From assembly GCA_965279375.1 (NCBI GenBank), contig OZ257156.1:3520001-3584000 (forward strand): a stretch of 64,000 nt of DNA, given 5' to 3'. Shown here piece by piece: positions 59,787 to 64,000 of this stretch. A program made the translations under genes and the position numbers. Numbering within the stretch: position 1 is the first letter of the stretch; every line of letters begins with the position of its first letter. The notes beneath the pieces are model-generated. The model saw only the letters and a list, made by a program, of their open reading frames with translations. It was not told the DNA's origin and did no database searches. This stretch comes from Gemmatimonas sp. Its GTDB lineage: Bacteria; Gemmatimonadota; Gemmatimonadetes; Gemmatimonadales; Gemmatimonadaceae.

Positions 59787-60797
59787 ATGACACGCTCGCT
59801 TCGCACTGTCTCGCTCGCCGCGTTCGCCTTCGCTCTGGCCGCCTGCGGCGACGACGCGACCGCACCGGTCGCCTCCAGCGTCACGCTCACTCCGTCTGCC
59901 ACGGGCAGCCTCGCCAGCATCGGTGAGACGCGCACGGTCGCCGCCGTCGTCAAGACGTCTGGTGGCGCCGCGATCAGCGGCGCGACAATCACGTACACGA
60001 GCAGCAATCCAGCGGTGGCCACGGTTGCGGGCACGGGCGCGTCTGCGACCGTCACTGCGGTCAGCAACGGCAGCGCCACGATCACGGCGACCAGCGGCAG
60101 CGCCACCGGCACGCTCGACGTTGCCGTTGCGCAGAAGCTCGTCACGCTCGCCGTCAGCGCCGCTTCCGCGTCCATCGCGCCGGGCGCCACCTCGCAGCTG
60201 ACTGGCACTGGGCGCGACGCGCTCGGTAACGCGATCGCTGGCATTACGGGCGTCAGCTACACCACGGCCGCCGCGCGCACCGCCGTCGTCAGCTCGACGG
60301 GACTTGCGACGGCGATCGCGCCGGGCACGGTCGCCATCACCGGCTCACTCACTCGTGATGGTGTCACCGCTACCGCGAGCACCAACCTCACGGTCACCAC
60401 GCCGACCGCGGGCTTCTTCACGCAGATGAACGGCGCCAACGAGCGTCCGGCCGCGACGCCGACCACCTCCAACGGCTCCGCGTTGTTCACGCAGAATGGC
60501 ACGACGATCAACTTCGTCGTCACCTACCAGGGCCTCCAGAGCGCGCCCACCGGCTTGCACATCCACTCGCCGGCCGGCTCCACAGTCAACGCGGGTGTCA
60601 GTGTCGACTTGCTCGGCACCAACCAGCTTCCCTCGACTGGCGTGCTGACCGGCAGCTTCACCGCCGCGAACATCCGCACGGCGGGCGTGTCACTCGATTC
60701 GATGCTCGTGCTCATTCGCAGCGGCAACGCCTACGTGAACGTGCACTCGACCGTCTATCCGGCGGGCGAGATCCGCGGCCAGCTCGGCACGCCGTAA
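59787..60797 (+). CDS. Lipoprotein paralog: 2 x Big_2 Ig-like + CHRD domain (no cupredoxin)
   Basis: Lipobox LAAC, SSNPAVATV, MNGANERP, LHIH, YVNVHS, PAGEIRGQ. Collinear with the upstream gene. Confidence 0.85.
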   Translation: MTRSLRTVSLAAFAFALAACGDDATAPVASSVTLTPSATGSLASIGETRTVAAVVKTSGGAAISGATITYTSSNPAVATVAGTGASATVTAVSNGSATITATSGSATGTLDVAVAQKLVTLAVSAASASIAPGATSQLTGTGRDALGNAIAGITGVSYTTAAARTAVVSSTGLATAIAPGTVAITGSLTRDGVTATASTNLTVTTPTAGFFTQMNGANERPAATPTTSNGSALFTQNGTTINFVVTYQGLQSAPTGLHIHSPAGSTVNAGVSVDLLGTNQLPSTGVLTGSFTAANIRTAGVSLDSMLVLIRSGNAYVNVHSTVYPAGEIRGQLGTP

Positions 60798-60843
60798 GCG
60801 GCACGCCGTAAGCGGCAGTCGTAAGCGGCAGTCGGCAAGCGGC
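60785..60843. repeat. Tandem repeat, 13-14 bp x4, spanning the stop codon
   Basis: cggcacgccgtaag x2, cggcagtcgtaag, cggcagtcggcaag, cggc. Confidence 0.85.
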
Positions 60844-61018
60844 GCGCCGTCGCATACGGACAGCGCGTCGTTCGACAGCTCACGCAGCACAAACTCCGTC
60901 GAATCAGCGTGCGAGTCACGCTGGTCCGACTGCGAAACAGCCGGTGCACCCGTCGAGGTGCGCCGGCTGTTTTGGCGTATGGCCAAGAGCTCGCGGCGTT
61001 TACTCCGCGCGCAAAACA

Positions 61019-61058
61019 ATACTTAGGTATTTACAAAAGTATCAGAGCGTGCTAGACT
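61019..61058 (+). promoter_or_regulatory. Sigma70-like promoter overlapped by an inverted-repeat operator
   Basis: ATACTT-N12-AAGTAT (61019-42) overlaps TTTACA (61030-35)-N17-TAGACT (61053-58), which also has an extended TG. Confidence 0.7.
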
Positions 61059-61089
61059 CGTCGAGCAGGCAGACAACCCCAGAACGTGG

Positions 61090-61449
61090 ATGGTCTCGGA
61101 CATGGTGCAAGCCGCAGCCGCAGCAGCCGACGCAGTGTTTCACGCCCTGTCCAATCCGACACGGCGACAGGTGCTGGAACAGCTCTCCGTCGGGCCAGCG
61201 ACCGTCAGCGAACTGGCGGCGCCGTTCGACATGCAGTTGCCGTCATTCGTCCAGCATCTCTCGGTGCTCGAACGAAGCCGACTGGTGAAGTCGAAGAAGC
61301 GCGGGCGCGTGCGCACGTACGAACTCGTGCCCGAACGATTCACCGTCGTGGAGGACTGGCTCATCGCGCGTCGTCAGCTCTGGGAAGCGCGACTCAACCG
61401 TTTCGATCGATACGTCACTCAACTCAAGGACAAGGAGTCGGACGCATGA
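61090..61449 (+). CDS. ArsR/SmtB-family transcriptional regulator
   Basis: VFHALSNPTRRQVL, VSELAAPF, QHLSVLERSRLV, GRVRTY, WEARLNRF. Start is 61090 or 61102. Confidence 0.92.
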   Translation: MVSDMVQAAAAAADAVFHALSNPTRRQVLEQLSVGPATVSELAAPFDMQLPSFVQHLSVLERSRLVKSKKRGRVRTYELVPERFTVVEDWLIARRQLWEARLNRFDRYVTQLKDKESDA

Positions 61450-61934
61450 ACACGCAATTCACTCTCGATCCCAAGCTCGACTTCGCCATCGAGCGTTTCG
61501 TCGACGCGCCCCCACGGCTGGTCTGGGAAGCGTTGACCAAGCCGGAGCATCTCAAGGAGTGGTACATGCCCAAGGCGTGGGGACGCGTCGTGCGCGCGGC
61601 GATGGACGTGCGGCCGGGCGGCATGTTCAGCATCGACATCGCCGTGGGTGACGGTCCGGAGATCCCCAACCTTGGCTGTGTCCTCGACGTGGTGCCGATG
61701 CAGCGTCTCGTCTGGACGTCGATGCTCTTTCCGGACTATCGCCCTGCGGTCTTCGACGACATTCCGATCACGGCCATCATGACGATGCAGGCCGAGGGCA
61801 GCGGTACGCGTTACGTCTTCACTGCGCTGCATCGCAACGAAGCCGACCTGGAGAACAACAAGTCGTCAGGATTCTATCAGGGCACCGAGATCGCCGTCGA
61901 TCAGCTGATGGCACACGTGCTGACGCTGAAATAG
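61446..61934 (+). CDS. SRPBCC/AHSA1-family ligand-binding protein
   Basis: IERFVDAPPRLVWEALTKPEHLKEW, MDVRPGG, RLVWT. ATGA overlap with ArsR and AAGGAG SD. Confidence 0.9.
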   Translation: MNTQFTLDPKLDFAIERFVDAPPRLVWEALTKPEHLKEWYMPKAWGRVVRAAMDVRPGGMFSIDIAVGDGPEIPNLGCVLDVVPMQRLVWTSMLFPDYRPAVFDDIPITAIMTMQAEGSGTRYVFTALHRNEADLENNKSSGFYQGTEIAVDQLMAHVLTLK

Positions 61935-61963
61935 CCGCGAGAAACACGTCGCTCGCGAGAGCG

Positions 61964-62365
61964 TCAGTTCGGGCGAATCTGTACGAGCTCGATGTCGATG
62001 TGGAGCGTCGAGTCGGGCGGGGTGTTGGCCGGGTAGCCCGTCCGGCGGGAGAGTGTCGGTGGCACGATGAGCCGCCGACGCTCTCCGACGCGCATCCCCG
62101 TCACCCCTTCGTCCACGCCGTCGATCACCTGCTTGGCGCCGAGTTGAAAAGTGATCGGCGCCGCACCGCGACTCGTGTAGATCAATCCGCCGCTGGGCAG
62201 CGTTGTGGTCTCGTGGATGGTGACTCTTTGCCCAGTGCGTGCGGCGGGACCGCTACCCTGCGCGAGAACCTCGAAGCGGAGCCCACTCGAGGTCGTGCGC
62301 AGGCGAGAAGGCGACAGGCATGCGCTGAGCAGCACGGTCGCGGCGAGAAGCGAGGTAGGACGCAC
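61964..62365 (-). CDS. FKBP-type peptidyl-prolyl isomerase, probable lipoprotein
   Basis: TSSGLRF, GSGP, VIDGVDEGVTGMRVGERRRLIVPP, PPDSTLHIDIEL and lipobox LSAC. Start uncertain (GTG 62365 chosen). Confidence 0.85.
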   Translation of the reverse strand: MRPTSLLAATVLLSACLSPSRLRTTSSGLRFEVLAQGSGPAARTGQRVTIHETTTLPSGGLIYTSRGAAPITFQLGAKQVIDGVDEGVTGMRVGERRRLIVPPTLSRRTGYPANTPPDSTLHIDIELVQIRPN

Positions 62366-62390
62366 AATGCTGCGAAGCAGTCGGAACCCG

Positions 62391-62432
62391 GAATGAACGT
62401 TTGGAAATGAACGTTTGGGAATGCACGTTCGG
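62391..62432. repeat. 14-bp tandem repeat x3
   Basis: gaatgaacgtttgg, aaatgaacgtttgg, gaatgcacgttcgg. Confidence 0.8.
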
Positions 62433-62525
62433 ATGTGAAGACGCGAACGGGCAGAGGAATCTCCGCGGAGATTGCTCCGCGGATTCGTCACCTAACCGCG
62501 CGATACAGTTTACCGTGCGGCAGCG

Positions 62526-63881
62526 TCAGGCCAAATCGCTCAAGACCTCGCCCAGCACACCCGTCATCTCGTCGATCTGTGCTCGGCTGACGATCAGCGG
62601 CGGCGCCAGCGCAATCGTGTCACCGGTCTGGCGCACGAGCACCCCGCGCTTGAAGCACTCGAGAAAGACCGCCGTCGCCCGCGCACCCGGCGCGCCTTCC
62701 TTAGGCGAAAGCTCCACCGCGCCCACGAGGCCGATGTTGCGCACGTCGATCACGTGCGGCTTGTCGCGCAGGCCGTGTACGCCCGCCTCGAGGAATTCAC
62801 CCATCACCGCGCCTCGCGTCAGCAGCGACTCCGCCGCGCACACATCGAGCATCGCCAACGCGGCCGCCGACGCCAACGGATGTCCCGAGTAGGTGTAGCC
62901 GTGGAAGAACTCGATGCCATTCGGCGCGCGCGCCACGACCGTATCGTGGATTTCGCGCTTGGCCATGACCGCGCCCATCGGGACGGCGCCATTGGTGATG
63001 CCCTTGGCGGCCGTGATGAGGTCGGGCAGCACGCCGAAGCGCTGGGCGGCGAACGCGGCACCCGTGCGTCCAAAACCGGTGATCACTTCGTCGAAGATGA
63101 GCAGAATGCCGTGTGCGTCGCAGATCGCGCGCAGACGCTCCAGATAGCCCACCGGTGGAATCAGCACGCCGGTCGATCCCGCCACCGGCTCGACGATCAC
63201 CGCGGCAATCGTGTGGCCACCGCGCGCAGCGATGACGCGTTCGAGATCGTCCGCGAACTCGGCGCCGTGCGTCGGCTGTCCCTTGCTGAACGCATTCCGG
63301 GACAGGTCGTGCGTGGCCGCGATGTGATCGATGTGTGGCAGTAGCTGCGCTTCGAACGTGGTGCGATTCGGGGCGATCCCACCAACGGAGATGCCGCCAA
63401 AGCCCACGCCGTGGTAGCCGCGCATCCGCCCCACAAAGCAGACGCGATTCATTTCACCGCGCGCACGATGGTACGCCAGCGCCATCTTGAGCGCCGTGTC
63501 TACCGCCTCGCTCCCCGAGTTGGTGAAGAAGACCCGATCCAGCCCGGCGGGGAGAATGGCGCCGAGCCGGTTGGCCAGCTCGAATGAGAGCGCATGCCCC
63601 ATCTGGAAGCCGGGTGCGTAGTCGATCGCACCAGCCGCGGCGCGGATCGCCTCGACGATCGGCTCCCGACAGTGCCCGGCGTTCACGCACCAGAGTCCGG
63701 AGACGCCGTCGAGGATCGTCCGGCCCTCGGCGTCCCGATAGTGCATGTCCTTGGCAGACACGAGAAGCCGCGGCGCCGACTTGAACGCCCGGTTGTTCGT
63801 GAACGGCATCCACAGCGCGTCCATCGACGGCTGGGCGGTCAGCGGGGCGTGCAGCAGCGCGCCAATGGTCTGGGAGGTCAT
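62526..63881 (-). CDS. Class III aminotransferase, omega-amino acid (beta-alanine):pyruvate type
   Basis: WMPFT, SGLWCVNAGH, NSGSEAVDTALK, GYHG, IFDEVITGFGR, AKG (PLP Lys), FHGYTYSGHP. Confidence 0.93.
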   Translation of the reverse strand: MTSQTIGALLHAPLTAQPSMDALWMPFTNNRAFKSAPRLLVSAKDMHYRDAEGRTILDGVSGLWCVNAGHCREPIVEAIRAAAGAIDYAPGFQMGHALSFELANRLGAILPAGLDRVFFTNSGSEAVDTALKMALAYHRARGEMNRVCFVGRMRGYHGVGFGGISVGGIAPNRTTFEAQLLPHIDHIAATHDLSRNAFSKGQPTHGAEFADDLERVIAARGGHTIAAVIVEPVAGSTGVLIPPVGYLERLRAICDAHGILLIFDEVITGFGRTGAAFAAQRFGVLPDLITAAKGITNGAVPMGAVMAKREIHDTVVARAPNGIEFFHGYTYSGHPLASAAALAMLDVCAAESLLTRGAVMGEFLEAGVHGLRDKPHVIDVRNIGLVGAVELSPKEGAPGARATAVFLECFKRGVLVRQTGDTIALAPPLIVSRAQIDEMTGVLGEVLSDLA

Positions 63882-64000
63882 GACGCCGAAGGTGGCACTG
63901 GTGGGGCCATCCGTCCAGCAGTGTGAGCGGTACGGTCTCGTCTCGGAGTCGTCATGGACGGGCGGGGAATAATCCGGCGCCTGCCGCGCTCTGCTACTTT

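Noticed and set aside
60785..62432. Tandem repeats as a CRISPR array
   Set aside because: Units are 13-14 bp, contiguous with no unique spacers, and there are no cas genes.

Overview
High-GC bacterial chromosomal DNA, probably Gemmatimonadota. The taxonomy is an inference from the co-occurrence of SusC/SusD, a PEP-CTERM protein, a barrel-less TonB-plug protein and the dcw layout. 1-18 kb: a TPR gene followed by a division/cell-wall cluster (rsmH-ftsL-ftsI-murE-murF-mraY-murD-ftsW-murG-murC-ftsQ-ftsA, a 393-bp gap, then ftsZ) that lacks mraZ, murB and ddl. 18-26 kb: M23 peptidase, vWA-like protein, ftsY, recG, asnS. 26-39 kb: mazG divergent from a translationally coupled alr-deoB-cdd-lipoprotein-outer-membrane barrel-miaB run, followed by comEC, a DUF4157-like HExxH protein, fbp and a split methylmalonyl-CoA mutase subunit. 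39-64 kb is accessory: alginate-export-family porin, sigma-54-preceded PEP-CTERM protein, MFS transporter, AroQ-TyrA fusion, MOSC protein, plug-only protein, a SusC/SusD pair flanked by M28 and M1 peptidases and a GDSL esterase, two tandem paralogous Ig-stalk/CHRD lipoproteins (one with a type-1 copper domain), ArsR-SRPBCC, FKBP and an omega-aminotransferase. I recognised no rRNA, tRNA, CRISPR array or mobile element. The best novelty candidates are (1) the Big_2-cupredoxin-CHRD lipoprotein pair, (2) the nucleoside-salvage operon carrying an uncharacterised lipoprotein/barrel pair upstream of comEC, (3) a perfect DnaA box in the ftsA-ftsZ spacer of an mraZ-less dcw cluster, and (4) a peptidase-flanked SusCD locus. 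All calls come from reading motifs by eye; no database searches were run.
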